Shown piece after piece: positions 1 to 14,644 of a DNA stretch of 64,000 bases. Within the stretch, counting starts at the first letter, position 1, and each line of letters opens with the position of its first letter. The stretch comes from Eledone cirrhosa (taxonomy: Eukaryota): the NCBI GenBank assembly GCA_964016885.1, contig OZ024741.1, positions 219,542,001 to 219,606,000 on the forward strand, in the 5' to 3' direction. A model generated the notes under the pieces. It was not told where the DNA came from. It did no database searches and saw only the letters and a list, made by a program, of their open reading frames with translations. Both the position numbers and the translations under genes were made by a program.

Positions 1-2284
1 TGTGCCGTATTGTTGTTATGAGTTGCGATTTAGATTTTTGAATGGGACGGATAGCACGGGGCCCAAGCCTTGGGTGTATCTTGAAGGCGATGCCAACATC
101 ATTTGGGCAGTGATGATGGAACATTTTCCACATCATGCAGATAATATAACGCTCACGGCGACGTTGGAGTGAGTAAAGTTTCAGGTTTTCTAATCGACCC
201 CAGTAGTCAAGGTCTGACATGCCATCTATCTTTTTCGTGATTGCCCTTTGAGGAGCTTCAAGTTTCATGATACTTTGTTTCGTGTGGGGAGACCACAGTG
301 GACAACAGTATTCAAGGTGTGGTCGGGCGAAAGTAGAGAAGAGAAGGATAATGGTGCGGGAATCTCTCGACTGGAAGGTTCTGAGGATCCAGGAACACAT
401 TCTGCGGGCCATGTCAACTTTGCTGCTTATATGCGTGGTCCAGCTTATGTTGCTGTCCACGGTTACTCCCAAGTCTCTGATGTTGTTAGATGCCACGAGA
501 GTTTCCCCGGAGGGAAGGGAGTACGGGAGTTTCAGAGCATCCTCTTTTCCAAAGTGGATCAGTTCGAATTTGTCTTCGTTCAGTAACATGTTCTTTTCTG
601 CCCATTGGGTAACAGCCAGTAGGTCTGACTGAAGGCTTATCCGGTCATCCACGCCATTGATGACCTTTTGGAGCTTGGAATCATCAGCGAAAATTTTAAT
701 GTTGCTGTGTTTGATGATGTCAGTGATGTCATTAATATAGATGATGAAGAGAAGTGGGCCCAACACAGTGCCTTGTGGGACCCCACTACTGACTTTGGCT
801 GGGCTTGATTTGACTCCCTCAACTACAACATGTTGGGTTCTGTTTGACAGGAAGCTCTTGATCCACTGCAGCAGCTTTCCAGTGACACCAATATTGGACA
901 GCTTTCTCAGTAGAATGTTATGATCAACCCTGTCAAAGGCCTTGCTGAAATCAAGGTAGATAACATCAGTGTTGGAACCCTCTCCCAAGGCTCTCAAAAT
1001 GTCATCAAAGTGATGCAGTAGCTGCGTCAGGCAATCCCTTCCATTACGGAATCCATGCTGGTTGGAGTTCAGCATATTGTTACTCTCAAGGAAGTGGGTC
1101 ATTCGCGATCTCACCACTCGCTCAAATACCTTAATGATATGAGAGGTGAGTGAGATTGGACGGTAATTCACGGCAAGGGATTTGTTTCCCTTTTTGAAAA
1201 CTGGGACAACAGACTGGGATAGAAGGTTTTCTGGCACATATCCAGCATCCAGTGAGTTCCGCCACAGATTGGCAAGAGGAGATGCAAGTTGGTGTTGACA
1301 CGCCTTCAAGACACAAGCAGGGAACCTATCGGGACCTACTGCTGAATTATGCTTGATTTCCTTTATTGCCGCCAAGACATCAGGGGCGCCAAACGTTATG
1401 TCCGATAAGGTGTAATGGGGAGTAACATCGCCGATACAGCCCAGATCGGCCATATCAGGATTGCTGAAAACAGAGCAGTATTGTTTCTGCAGTATCTCAC
1501 CCATGGTTTTAGCATTGTCTTGAAGAGTGCCATTTTCATCAATTAGAGGGCCAACAGTAGAGCCAGTGATTTTGTGTTTTTTTGCAAATGAAAAGAACAC
1601 TTTGGGATTGAGTTTGATCTTCTCAATGGCCCAGGCCTCTTCAGCTCTTCTCTGATTGTTGATGAGGGACATTATGTTGTTTTGGAGGTTATGTTTTTTA
1701 ATCTCTAGTGATGAAATGGCAGTCAAGTTGATGTGTTGCTGCTGACAGTATTTCAGCTTGTTGATTTTTTTGTTCGTTCTCTTAATTTTTCTGATGAGCG
1801 TTTTTCTATTTCTAGGGATTCTGCTCTTAGATTTGTTTATAGTTCTTAATGGGGTGTGTTTAGCACATATGTTTGTAACAGTGTCCACAAATGTCTGCCA
1901 GGACTTTTTGATGTTAGTGGGTGTATGAGTGTGCGTGAAGGACCAGTCGACATGTGCAAGATCATGACTGATCGCTTCCCAGTTTGCATTGTGGAAATCC
2001 ATAGCGTCAAACGGATGGACAGGAGAGATGACATTGGGTTTGTATATTGGACGGTGGAATCTCAGATCACAGAGAACCATGTCACGATCAGAGAGTAGAG
2101 TTTTCTCCACTGCAATATTGTGGATATTGTCAGTGTGATTGCTGAAAATTAAGTCTAGGACGTTTTTGTGGCACCTCGTTGGTTCGAGCACCAGTTGGGA
2201 TAGGAAGAAATCATCCATGAAGTCAAGAAGCGATTCCACAGCTTCCCTGTCAGAGGTTGAGGCAGAAGAACCTGGTGGCAGGCT
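1..2284 (-). mobile_element. CR1/L2-group LINE, 5'-truncated (end of APE endonuclease plus RT), running off the window start
   Basis: Minus-strand translation gives EPTR..NVLDLIF..LSD (end of APE, ~2090-2190), YLDFSKAFDRVDH (~920-960), GVPQGTVLGPLLFIIYINDI (~730-785) and IFADDSK (~675-695). Begins at a TA microsatellite. Confidence 0.88.
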
Positions 2285-3976
<1,692 letters not shown>

Positions 3977-5016
3977 GAGGGAGCTTATAGATAGGACAAC
4001 ACACGCTGTCTTTTCGTGGGGTAAGTTTTTAATTAATTTTTGTATTCTGAAACATCAAAATACAACAATTTTTTGGTCACTGGACTCGGGAATGTCACGA
4101 GAGAAGTTTGTGGAAGTTACACAAATATTTTAGTATATTTTAGCAGAGCAATCCTTATTTATATTTTACATTTTACATTTACTTACATCTCAATATAACA
4201 TGGCTAAAATTCAAATTTTGCTAAGAGAAGAAAACGGTCAAATGAACTAGATACATCTCACTGTCCCCACCACCACAATAACGTCTACACTCTCTCCCCA
4301 CCATCACATGTCATTACCATACCATACCCTATCTAGACTAAAGTCATCGACCTGTTGTCAAACTCTCTACTCTCTGTTGAATGTATATATATATATGTGT
4401 GTGTATGTATATGTGTGTATATACATCACTCAGTCAAACAACCAGATTTCAACCCCAACATCTACAACAACAACAACACCGGCACTAATGTTTACAGCAA
4501 CAACAGCTTCGGAATGAACTGAAATGAACATTTACAACAATTACAACAACAACAACAACAACAACAACAGCGGCATCAAAACATAAAAAAAGGAAGGGAA
4601 AAGAAAAAAGAAAAGGGGAAGGGAAAAAAAAAAAAGAAAAGAAAAAAAAAACAACTCAAAATAACAAAACACACACACACACACACACAACACAACACAA
4701 CAACAACATCAACTGCCACCACCACCACCATCGCCACCGCCGCCGCCATCACCACCGCCGCCGCCATCACCATCACCAGCGACCTGGCCTTAAGAAAACA
4801 ACTTAAACATTAATTTTTCTGCTTTTGGCACGGATCCAGCGACTGGCCCAGCGCATCGCTGGTACTCTCTTTTGTTGACTCCGTGGAGAGCCATAACTCT
4901 ATGCTGTAAAGCAATTATAGTAATACTGGACTGTAATACGATCGGCTTCAACTATACAAACTCTTGAAAGTCAACAGTTGACATAATCTTGTAATCTTGT
5001 ATCAGTAATGACGGTA

Positions 5017-5049
<33 letters not shown>

Positions 5050-5176
5050 CGTGTAAGTGAGTAGCGTGTGTGTGTGTTTGTTGTATGTATGAGTGTTGCT
5101 GTGTGCGCGCATATGTATGCGTGTGTGTGTATGTCGTACGTATAAGTGTCAATAAGTGATTTTTTTTTTTTTTTTT

Positions 5177-5470
5177 TTGCGCGGGGACAGAAATAATGGG
5201 GCTGGATGTCCGATCGCGCAGTTAAACCACTAGGAGTGAAGAACCCCTAGCCCTTGTCAGGGCATTCTTCTAGGAGAAGGCATCTCAGGAAACTGGGGTA
5301 ACTCCGATATAAAACCTGCGGCTCAGTAGTTACCGATGATGTTGATCTTTTCTTCTTTTCGGGTTATAGCTACTGTCGCTCAGAGAGTGAGATTGGCTCA
5401 GTGCACAGTCTTTCCTCACTTTAAAAATATTCGTCACGCACAGGCATTGCACGAGTGCATTAATAATAAT
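5177..5470 (+). mobile_element. RTE-type 5' UTR segment, homologous to the 15105-15310 family
   Basis: CCCCTAGCCCTTGTCAGGGCA..GGAGAAGG..AACTCCGATATAAAACCTGC..ATGATGTTGA..GCACAGGCATTGC aligns with 15122-15312. The GGAGAAGG-AACTC motif is typical of RTE 5' UTRs. Confidence 0.6.
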
Positions 5471-5481
5471 TAATAGTGTAC

Positions 5482-5512
<31 letters not shown>

Positions 5513-5594
5513 CATAGAGTACAAAGCAAGAGGCAAACAGTTCGGTACCATCTCGGTACTGTTCAAATCCGAGGCCCTCGCTATTAAGCACTCG

Positions 5595-6893
5595 GTGATC
5601 CCCTGCAGAACGGAACGCATTATCATGCATCCGTCCTATATGGGTAAAAGGACAGTGAAGGTACGCATTCCCAGCATCCCACCAGGAATGAACATATGGT
5701 GGCTGCTGGGATGCGTAATCGAGGAGGGGACAGACACCACCCTCCTGGACATCAAAAGGACACAGAGAGAAGACTGGTCCGGAATGGATTTGGAGATTCT
5801 TCTCCAAATGAAACCGGAGGATATAAATAACATCCCAGATTTTGCCCGCCTGCAGGACGGGACAACAATCCAACTAATGATTGACGGAAGAAGGCCACGC
5901 TGCTTCGTTTGCGGGGAAGCCACGCATCTTCAAGCCTTCTGCCCTCAGCGCAAAAATGCAGGGGGTCGCAAACCTCCTTTGTTGCCAACGCCAGTGTCAG
6001 CACGGAAAGCTGCACCACCACCACCACCAAAAACATCAACAAAAACACGGACACCAACATCAAAAGCAGCCGGATCACCACCAACACCAAAACCAATCCA
6101 AGGAGAAAACGGGGAAAGCTCTCCCACTCCCCCTACCCCCCCCCCCACTATATACATAGACAAAAAAAATAAAAATAAAGAAAACACAGACACAGAGACA
6201 CTCACAGACACAGACCCTTTGTCTTCCAGCAGCGAAGATGAAGGAAAACCCAAAAGTGCAAAAAAACAGAGAAAACTCACAAAAAAAAAGCCCCAACAAA
6301 ACACAAAAACACACACAACAAAAAATACAGACACCATTAACGCAGACACTTCCCCAATAACATCAGCACCATCAGCAACATCGACACCACCTCCACAATC
6401 CCCGAAACGCAAACAACCTAAACAAACACAAGTACAAATAAACACACAAATACCTGAAATTGCAGACACCACACCTACAACAAACATAGACATACCCGAA
6501 ACAACACCGCCAAAACCATCGCCACCACCTTCACCAAAACGAAAACAAATAAAACCACACCAACAAAATGTTAAAAACTTTGTGCTTGTCAGAAGGGCCA
6601 ACGATAAACTGATGGCCCTCTTAGCGCGAAGCGAGGACATTCAAACAGAGGGGGAGATTTTTGAAATGAGCACATTTTGCGTGCCAGAAGATTTGCTTCT
6701 GGTCCGAATGTCACTCAATTCTTTCAAAGAAATTCGAGAGAGCTTTCCTCAAGACGTGGGAAACCCGAATGTGAAACCCACATCAAGACTTTTAAAGGGG
6801 TTCCCAAAAGAAACCCCACCAACCATGGAGGTCGAACCACCCGACCTTCACAAAACCCGGGAGGTAAGTAAACCTTCCCTCTCTCTCTCTTAG
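5595..6893 (+). CDS. Tx1 ORF1 (gag-like), N-terminally truncated; frame open from ~5511
   Basis: CFVCGEATHLQAFC zinc knuckle followed by a P/T/K-rich low-complexity region. Homologous to the ORF1 remnants at 39570-40300 (-). Confidence 0.85.
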   Translation: MIPCRTERIIMHPSYMGKRTVKVRIPSIPPGMNIWWLLGCVIEEGTDTTLLDIKRTQREDWSGMDLEILLQMKPEDINNIPDFARLQDGTTIQLMIDGRRPRCFVCGEATHLQAFCPQRKNAGGRKPPLLPTPVSARKAAPPPPPKTSTKTRTPTSKAAGSPPTPKPIQGENGESSPTPPTPPPTIYIDKKNKNKENTDTETLTDTDPLSSSSEDEGKPKSAKKQRKLTKKKPQQNTKTHTTKNTDTINADTSPITSAPSATSTPPPQSPKRKQPKQTQVQINTQIPEIADTTPTTNIDIPETTPPKPSPPPSPKRKQIKPHQQNVKNFVLVRRANDKLMALLARSEDIQTEGEIFEMSTFCVPEDLLLVRMSLNSFKEIRESFPQDVGNPNVKPTSRLLKGFPKETPPTMEVEPPDLHKTREVSKPSLSLS

Positions 6894-6902
6894 CTTACCA
6901 AT

Positions 6903-9900
6903 ATGGCCATATTAAGAGTAGGAAGTTTAAATGTTCGCGGCCTGGGGTCACCCTGGAAGCAGGGTCGCCTGCTCAACGACCTCCGGTCGCTGGAAATGGA
7001 TGTGATTGCCGTAAGCGAGACCAGAATTTCCGACACGCGTGCACTAGCCCCCATTTTCGACGACTATCAGATCTTCGCATCTGTTAGCAGGCCGGGAATG
7101 GGGGGTGGGGTGGCAGTGCTGTTTAGGAAAGGACTGGATCTCGAGGTAAGGTCGATCTTCCGGGACCCGGACGGTAAGTTGGTGGTCTTGGATGTGAGCA
7201 GTAGCGAAGGTGGTGCCTTTAGACTGCTGGCCGTCTACGCCCCTACAGGGGCCGGACGACCTGACTTCTTTAGGCGCCTGGAGACCTTTCTGGGTACGTC
7301 TCGCCCTTTACTGTTAGCGGGGGACTGGAATGGCATCTTAGACGCACGCTGGGATTGTGTGGGAGTAGCAGATAGGAGCGGGGGGTGCAAAAGCCTCAAG
7401 CACCTACTCAGCCAGTTCCAACTGTCTGACAGGTATCGACTAGATTTCCCCAATGTGCCAGTATGGACATGGACCAACCGAATGGGGTCATCTAGATCGT
7501 ATATAGACAGAATCTTCATTAGGAAAATAGATAGAAATAGTGTGGGCTGTCCACTTTTTAAAACGGTCGCCTATTCAGATCACAAGTTTGTGATCTGTAC
7601 GGTCGACCTAAATAAAACGCGTAGGTTAGGACCGGGTTACTGGAAGCTGAACATGTCATTTCCGGCACGTAAGGCTTACAGGGACCGAATCAATAGGTTA
7701 GTTAAGCAAAAGTTGACAGGAGGGATCATCAACAACAGATGGTGGGGGGCTCTCAAAAGAGAGATTAGAGTAACTTCGATAGAGTACAGCAAAGAACTAG
7801 CGTTAGAGAAAAATAGAAAGGAGGGGGAGCTGGTAGATAAGTTAGACGAGGCTATTTGTAGTGGCATCGCAACTGACGTGCTAGCGGCGAGAATGGCATT
7901 AGACCATTTCTTCAATGCCAAACACGAAGGTTGCATTGTCAGAGCTAAGGCGCGTGCGCTGAGAAACGAGGGAACTAAAGCTGTTCGATGGGCCCGCGTG
8001 GCGGAGGCGCAGCGTGGTAATGAAACCACAATTCGGTCTTTGGCGGACCGAGACGGACACGAGATAAGCGATTCCAAGCGGATGTGTGAGGCCTTTCGCC
8101 AGCACTTTGCTCGGTTGTTCGGGGAGAGTGGCGAGTCAGAGAGAGTAGCGGATTTCAGTCCCTACCTTGACGGCTTGCCGCGCATCTCGACGGTCGACGC
8201 TGAGCGCTGCGAAAGGCCGATTACTTCAGCCGAAATTCAGGACGCCCTTGTCGGCTGCATGAGGCGCAAGTCACCCGGCTTGGATGGCCTGCCCTACGAG
8301 CTTTACGTAAATATGCCAGACTTGTTCTCCGAACTCCTCGAAGCACTCTACTGTAACTGGCAGCAGAATGGGAGTATTCCCAGTTCTGTGAGCAGGGGAG
8401 TGGTGACGCTGATAAGGAAAGACGAGAACAAGAGGGATACATTAGACAACTTCAGGCCCATAACTCTGCTCAACACAGAGTTTAAAATTTTGGCCAAGGT
8501 GTTAGCAAAGAGATTGGCGCTTGTCGTCGAGGATTTGGTTGGGGAGGCGCAAACTTGCGCAATCCCAGCCAGGTCCATACACGACAATCTCCACCTCATG
8601 CGATACATCATAGAGAGGGTAGGGTGTAAACCTGGCTTCGGTGGGACACTGATCAATTTAGATCAATCGAAAGCATTCGATAGGGTCGACCATCGGTATC
8701 TGGAGTTTGTCCTCAAAGCAGCTGGCTTCGGCCCTGTCTTTAGAAGCTGGATCGTTGCAATGCACAGCGGCACACGCTCGGTGGTCAAGGTTAATGGCCA
8801 CCTCTCGGAACCATTTCGGCTCTCCCGATCGGTCCGTCAAGGGTGCCCTCTCTCTTCCCTTCTGTACGTATTGACTCTCGAGCCTTTACTGCGGAAGCTG
8901 GAGCTGTTGCAGGGCATCCCGCTCGAACCGGGACGTGGAAAGGCGGTGTCGGCTTATGCGGACGACATCACCGTGATGGTGTCGAACACCTCAGAAATCG
9001 AGGTGGTCGGCACCTTATTGAAGGAATATGAAAGGTTGACAGGAGCCAAACTTAACCCGGAAAAGTCGGTGGGCTTGCAGCTCGGAACCTGGAGAGGCAA
9101 GCCCATGCCGTCGTGGGGCGCTGGACGGACGGACCAGTAAAGTTGCTCGGGGTTTGGTTCGGACCAGACCTTCAGGTGGAAAAGAATTGGGACGAGGTAA
9201 CGAGCAGAGTAGCCAGTCTCACCCAAAAATGGGCTGGGAGGAAGCTATCACTGAAAGGTCGCGCGGAGGTGGCGAATGCGTACATCGCGTCCGTCATCTA
9301 TTACCGCCTAACCGTCGTGCCTTGCCCCCGTCCGCGCCTCGTCAAGTTGGAACGGCTCCTCTTCAAATTCTTGTGGAGGGGACAAGTTCCGTTGGTGAGG
9401 CGGTCCATCTGCTGCCAGCACCCTCTACGCGGAGGGCTGGGCATGCCGTGGCTAATGATGCGCAGACATGCGTTGAGGCTGCGACATCTCCAGATATTCT
9501 GCCTCAATGGTGAACAGGTGTGGTCGCCGTTTATCAGACGGGCTTTTCCGCAGTTCATTTCTTTGACTGAGCTGCAGTCCTGGGTCAAGAAGAGACCAAG
9601 ACTGGGTGACTGGCACCTGGAATGTTGCCAGGCACTCACTGCCCTCTACCAAGCGGGCAATGCGATCAGTGGAACTTCCACTCTCGAGTTCTATAGAGGA
9701 TTAGTGGTGGGCAAGTGCGATGACACACTCGGAGAAGCTTTGGGCCTCGACGAAGTCGAACTGACCAGTCTGTACCGGAGGACTTTTGAGCCGGGGACGA
9801 TGGACAACTTCTAGAAATCCCTCGCTTGGCAGTGCTACCAGGGGGCACTGCTGGTTCGGGATAAACTCTACAGGCACGGAAGTGCTGTCAGACGGACCTG

Positions 9901-10315
9901 CCCAAGATGCGCACAGAACGACGAAACCGTTCTGCACGCACTTGTCCAATGTCCATGCATTACTGACTTGTGGAGTCATGTCGAACAGCTACTGTCGCGT
10001 GTGGAACGAATCCGGTTATCGGCCGAGTCCATAGTGAAGATCGAGCCGCCACCTTCCTTAGGTCAGGAAGAGCAGGACATTTTCCTCTGTCTGGTGGCAG
10101 TTGCGAAAGAGATTATATGGTGGACAAGGTTGAAAGGACTAAAGACAGACACTTTTCTCTTCGGCCAATCCCTCATCAACTTCTTCAAGTTTCACCTGGA
10201 AAGGAGGGTGAGGGTGGAGAGAGAAGTGCTGCCCCCCAGTACATTTGCTAAAAGGTGGGTGAATGTGGCGAGAATGGCTCGTGTGAATGGGCCTTCTCTG
10301 GTCATGCACCTATAG
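6903..10315 (+). pseudogene. Tx1 ORF2 (APE endonuclease, RT, C-terminal zinc finger) with one frameshift and one nonsense codon
   Basis: SLNVRG, GDWN, SDH, KSPGLDG, RPITLLN, DQSKAFDRVDH, RQGCPLS, AYADD. A 10-nt deletion at ~9112 relative to copy 2 (ATGCCGTC[CGACAGTGTC]GTGGGG), TAG at 9812-9814, then CPRC...ETVLHALVQC. Confidence 0.9.
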
Positions 10316-10663
10316 GCTAGCTAACTTGAGGAGAGGGGTGCTCTCCTGGGTGCCCTAGAAGCGCAGGGTGGTTCAGGATTGGTGGGGTACCCGAATCACC
10401 CCAGGGTCGTCCACCCCCTATCGGGGAATTTATTTTGTTATATTTTGCATAGTTTATTTTATATTTTTATATTTTCATTGTTAAATTAGTTTTGCCATTG
10501 TGCACTTTTACTCGACCTTATTGTAAACCCTCACTGTCCCTGTCTTTGTATTGTCCCCTACATGTCGGCCCTTGTGGCTAATAAATGAAATCATTATTAT
10601 TATTACTATTATTATTACCATTATTATTACTTTTTTTTATTTTTTTTTTATTTTTCCAATTCA

Positions 10664-13600
10664 ATGATGTTCCAGAACAATGTAAACGAGATAATTGCCA
10701 ATTTAGGTTCTGGAACAAAAAAGATCATTGGCAATAAGGGCAGGGGCCCCAAGTTATCACAACCTGGGCCCGCCCGTCATCGTGCCATTGTAATAGAGCC
10801 AAACAGGGCATTTAGTCTTGGCTGCTGGAACGTACGGATGCTGCTTGACAGGGATTCTTTGGAGCGTCCTGAACGAAGGACCGCTCTTGTTGCAAAGGAG
10901 CTTCGACGTTACGATCTTGACATCGTGGCTTTATCTGAAACGAGGTTAGCTGGAGATGGTCATCTTACGGAATTTTGTGGAGAATATACATTCTTCTGGA
11001 AAGGAAGAGATGAAGGAACCAGAAGAGAGGCTGGGGTAGGATTTGCTGTTAAGACTGTACTTGTGAATAAATTAGAAGAATTCCCAGTAGGGATTAGTGA
11101 GCGTCTTATGTCCATGAGAGTTCCGCTGGACAAGGGAAGATATGTTACCCTGGTGAGTGTGTATGCTCCAACTATGAATTCTGTCGATGAAAAAAAACTG
11201 TCCTTTTACCATGCCTTGAAAGGTGTTCTAAGAAATATCCCTCAGGCAGACAAAGTCATCGTGCTTGGTGACTTTAATGCTAGAGTGGGTAGGGATTTTA
11301 ACACATGGAATGTAATCGGAAGGCATGGGGTGGGAAAGTGTAACAGCAATGGTATGCTCCTGCTGCAGATGTGTGAGGAGCTGGATCTGTGTGTTACCAA
11401 CACCATGTTCCAACAAAAGAACAAATTCAAGACCACATGGATGCATCCTGCATCTAAGGAATGGCATCTTTTGGACTACGTCCTAGTCAGGATGCGTGAC
11501 AGACAGGATGTGCAGTGTGTTCGTGTTCTTCGTGGAGCTGAGTGCTGGATGGACCACCGTCTGGTACGTGCAAAAGTGAATCTAATCACTAAACGTAAAA
11601 TCCGGGCTCCTGGTGTTGCCCTGCCCAAAAGATTGAATGCTGCTCGTCTTAAGGATAAAAATGTGAAGAGGACATTGGAAGAAGAGATGCAGGCTGCAGA
11701 TCTTGGTGAGGATTGGCCGACCCTTAAAAAGTCGGTTTATGATGTAGGCAGACATGTTCTGGGATTGGTGCAGAGAAAACATCAGGACTGGTTTAATGAG
11801 AATGATGTACATATAGAAGACTTGTTGGCTGATAAGAGGCGTGCTCTGTCACGCTACTTGACGGCAAAACCACAGGAGAGGAATACGTTGCATGAGGAGC
11901 TCAGGGATGTAAAATCACGTGTTAGGCGGAGTCTTTCTCAGATGAAGGATCAGTGGTGGAGTGAGAAGGCTGGTGAGATACAAACTGCGTCTGATTGCAA
12001 TAACACAAAGCTGTTGTACAGTCTCTTGCGTGAGGTTTATGGACCGTCTTCTTCTCTGGTGACACCGATTCGCAGCAAGGATGGCAAAGAACTTCTTCGT
12101 GACTCACAGGGAATTCTACGAAGGTGGCGAGAGCACTTTGATGATCTTTTGAATCAGCCGTCTGTCGTCAGTGAAGATTTCCTCAATCTCATTCCGGAAA
12201 GTCCTGTGACAGTAGCTCTCGCAGAACCTCCGACGCTTGTGGAGGTTGCAGTGGCTATTTCGAAGCTGAACAGTGGAAGATCTCCAGGTATGGATGGCAT
12301 ACATGCTGAGCTCCTACAATATGGTGGTGAGAGACTCCTGCAACATCTTCACTCTTTGTTTGGAAGGATATGGGCTAATGAATCCGTGCCTGGGGACTGG
12401 AGAGATGCAGTAATGGTGGTCTTGTACAAGGGAAAGGGTAACAGGAATGATTGTGGGAACTACAGAGGTATATCATTGCTTTCTGTCGTAGGGAAAGTTT
12501 TATGTAGGGTGCTTCTGGACCGTCTGCTGACACACATTGCAGATTGTGTCCTTCCTGAAAGTCAATCTGGTTTTCGTGCTGGACGCGGCACTACTGATAT
12601 GATCTTCTCAGCTAGACAGCTCCAGGAGAAGTGCATTGAACAAGGCTTGGATCTGTATCAGGTTTTTGTCGATCTGACAAAGGCTTTCGATACTGTCAAC
12701 AGAGATGCATTATGGAAGGTTCTCCAGAAACTTGGTTGCCCTGATAAGTTCCTTGCTTTAGTTAGGTCTTTCCATGACGACATGAAGGCTTGGGTTAATG
12801 TCGGAGGTAACATGTCGGAGCCTATCTCAGTAAAAAATGGAGTGAAACAGGGGGATATTCCAGCACCGACCCTGTTTGCCATATACTTTGCAATGGTTTT
12901 CTGTATTGCATTCAGGAATTGCGAGCATGGTGTTTACATCCGATATCGAACCTCAGGCAGCATATTTAACATCAGGCGCTTTGCTGCGAAGACAAAAGTA
13001 TTTACATCAGTCATAAGAGACCTCTTGTATGCAGATGATTGCGATCTTGTAGCGCACACAGAGAGTGATATGCAGCACATTTTGAATGCATTTTCTGACG
13101 CTTGCACTGCCCTGGGTTTGACTGCCAGTCTCAAGAAAACCGTCGTCATGTACCAATCTGCCCCTAGTATGCAGTACACTGAACCAAACATCTATGTGTA
13201 TGGCAAACGACTTGGAGTGGTTGATCAGTTTGTCTACCTAGGAAGCACTGTCAATCGATACGGCAACCTTGACAGTGAAATCTCACTTAGGATTAGGAAA
13301 GCAAGTGATGCTTTCGGAAAGCTAGAAAGGCGACTCTGGGGTCGGCGAGACATATGCAGGAGGACAAAGGTAAAGGTGTACAAGGCATGTGTACTCTCTT
13401 GTCTTCTTTATGCCTGCGAGACCTGGGTCACATATCGACGCCACCATAAGCAATTGGAGCGTTTCCATCAGATGTGTCTCAGACGGATCCATGGCGTTCA
13501 CTGGAGGGACCACATCAGTGATGTCGAGATTTTGGAAAGCTCTATGTGTAACAGTATAGAAGCTCTTGTGCTTAAGCAACGACTCCGTTGGAGTGGTCAC

Positions 13601-13975
13601 CTTGCCAGGATGAAGGATTCTAGAATACCAAAACAACTCTTCTATGGAGAGTTGGTTAAAGGAAAACGACCGCCACATAAACCAAAAAAGAGGTATAAGG
13701 ATTCCTTGAAAGCCTCTCTGAAAGACGCTAACATCTCTGCTGATACATGGGAAAATGTTGCTGCTGATCGTAATAAATGGAGAAAGACTGTATATGAGGG
13801 AAAAGTTGCCTTTGAGGCATCTCGAATCGCATACGAGAAAGTAAAGCGGGATGTGAGGAAGGGCATTGCAAGCGACATGCAAAAGTACATGAACTCCAAC
13901 CACAGCCGACTATTCCCAGTGAATGTTTTGGTTGCCGACTCTGTGCAAGACATTTTAGATCATTGGCTGGGCTAA
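10664..13975 (+). CDS. RTE (BovB-like) LINE ORF, 1103 aa, APE endonuclease plus RT
   Basis: WNVR, LSETR, GVGF, YAPT, GDFNARVG, DH, SPGMDG, NYRGISLLS, QSGFR, FVDLTKAFD, GVKQG, LLYADD, YLGS, RLRWSGH, all uninterrupted. The element continues through a microsatellite-rich 3' UTR to an RTE-type tail at ~14390-14424. Confidence 0.95.
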   Translation: MMFQNNVNEIIANLGSGTKKIIGNKGRGPKLSQPGPARHRAIVIEPNRAFSLGCWNVRMLLDRDSLERPERRTALVAKELRRYDLDIVALSETRLAGDGHLTEFCGEYTFFWKGRDEGTRREAGVGFAVKTVLVNKLEEFPVGISERLMSMRVPLDKGRYVTLVSVYAPTMNSVDEKKLSFYHALKGVLRNIPQADKVIVLGDFNARVGRDFNTWNVIGRHGVGKCNSNGMLLLQMCEELDLCVTNTMFQQKNKFKTTWMHPASKEWHLLDYVLVRMRDRQDVQCVRVLRGAECWMDHRLVRAKVNLITKRKIRAPGVALPKRLNAARLKDKNVKRTLEEEMQAADLGEDWPTLKKSVYDVGRHVLGLVQRKHQDWFNENDVHIEDLLADKRRALSRYLTAKPQERNTLHEELRDVKSRVRRSLSQMKDQWWSEKAGEIQTASDCNNTKLLYSLLREVYGPSSSLVTPIRSKDGKELLRDSQGILRRWREHFDDLLNQPSVVSEDFLNLIPESPVTVALAEPPTLVEVAVAISKLNSGRSPGMDGIHAELLQYGGERLLQHLHSLFGRIWANESVPGDWRDAVMVVLYKGKGNRNDCGNYRGISLLSVVGKVLCRVLLDRLLTHIADCVLPESQSGFRAGRGTTDMIFSARQLQEKCIEQGLDLYQVFVDLTKAFDTVNRDALWKVLQKLGCPDKFLALVRSFHDDMKAWVNVGGNMSEPISVKNGVKQGDIPAPTLFAIYFAMVFCIAFRNCEHGVYIRYRTSGSIFNIRRFAAKTKVFTSVIRDLLYADDCDLVAHTESDMQHILNAFSDACTALGLTASLKKTVVMYQSAPSMQYTEPNIYVYGKRLGVVDQFVYLGSTVNRYGNLDSEISLRIRKASDAFGKLERRLWGRRDICRRTKVKVYKACVLSCLLYACETWVTYRRHHKQLERFHQMCLRRIHGVHWRDHISDVEILESSMCNSIEALVLKQRLRWSGHLARMKDSRIPKQLFYGELVKGKRPPHKPKKRYKDSLKASLKDANISADTWENVAADRNKWRKTVYEGKVAFEASRIAYEKVKRDVRKGIASDMQKYMNSNHSRLFPVNVLVADSVQDILDHWLG

Positions 13976-14010
13976 AAAGCCACATTCGATCGCAGCACTG
14001 TTAGTTGCTA

Positions 14011-14054
<44 letters not shown>

Positions 14055-14424
14055 GCTTATGTGCGTGCGTGTGTGTGTATATATATATGAATATGTATAT
14101 TATTATTGTTGTTGTCGTTATTATTATTATTGCTATTATTATTATTATTATTATTATTGTTATTAATGTATGTGTGAGTATATGTGTGAGTGTATGTGTA
14201 TGTATGTGTGTATGTATATATGTATGAATGTATATATATATATATACATACACACATACATACACATACACTCACACATACACATATATATATATATATT
14301 TTTTTTTTATTAATTTATTATTATTATTATTTTTTTTTATTTTTTTTTTATTTTATTTTATTTTTTTTTTTTTTTTTTCTTCTCGTGCAATGGCCATACT
14401 CGATAACGAGGGGGCAGTCATCAT

Positions 14425-14595
14425 GTATATATATATATGTATGTATATTTATATATATATATGTATGTATATTTATATATATATAGATGTATGTATATTT
14501 ATATATATATATGAATGTATATTTATATATATATATGTATATATATATATGTATGTATGTATATATATATATGTATGTATATATATATGTGTATG

Positions 14596-14644
<49 letters not shown>

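Larger units (their letters stand above)
5511..10592 (+). mobile_element. Tx1/L1-clade non-LTR retrotransposon, 5'-truncated in ORF1, inserted in (ATT)n
   Basis: ORF1 with a CCHC knuckle, then ORF2 with APE, RT and zinc finger. 3' end GGCCCTTGTGGCTAATAAATGAAATC(ATT)n. (ATT)n on both flanks. Confidence 0.92.

Noticed and set aside
248-2098. Short ORFs listed over the first 2 kb
   Set aside because: Antisense or off-frame shadows of the CR1-type LINE on the minus strand.
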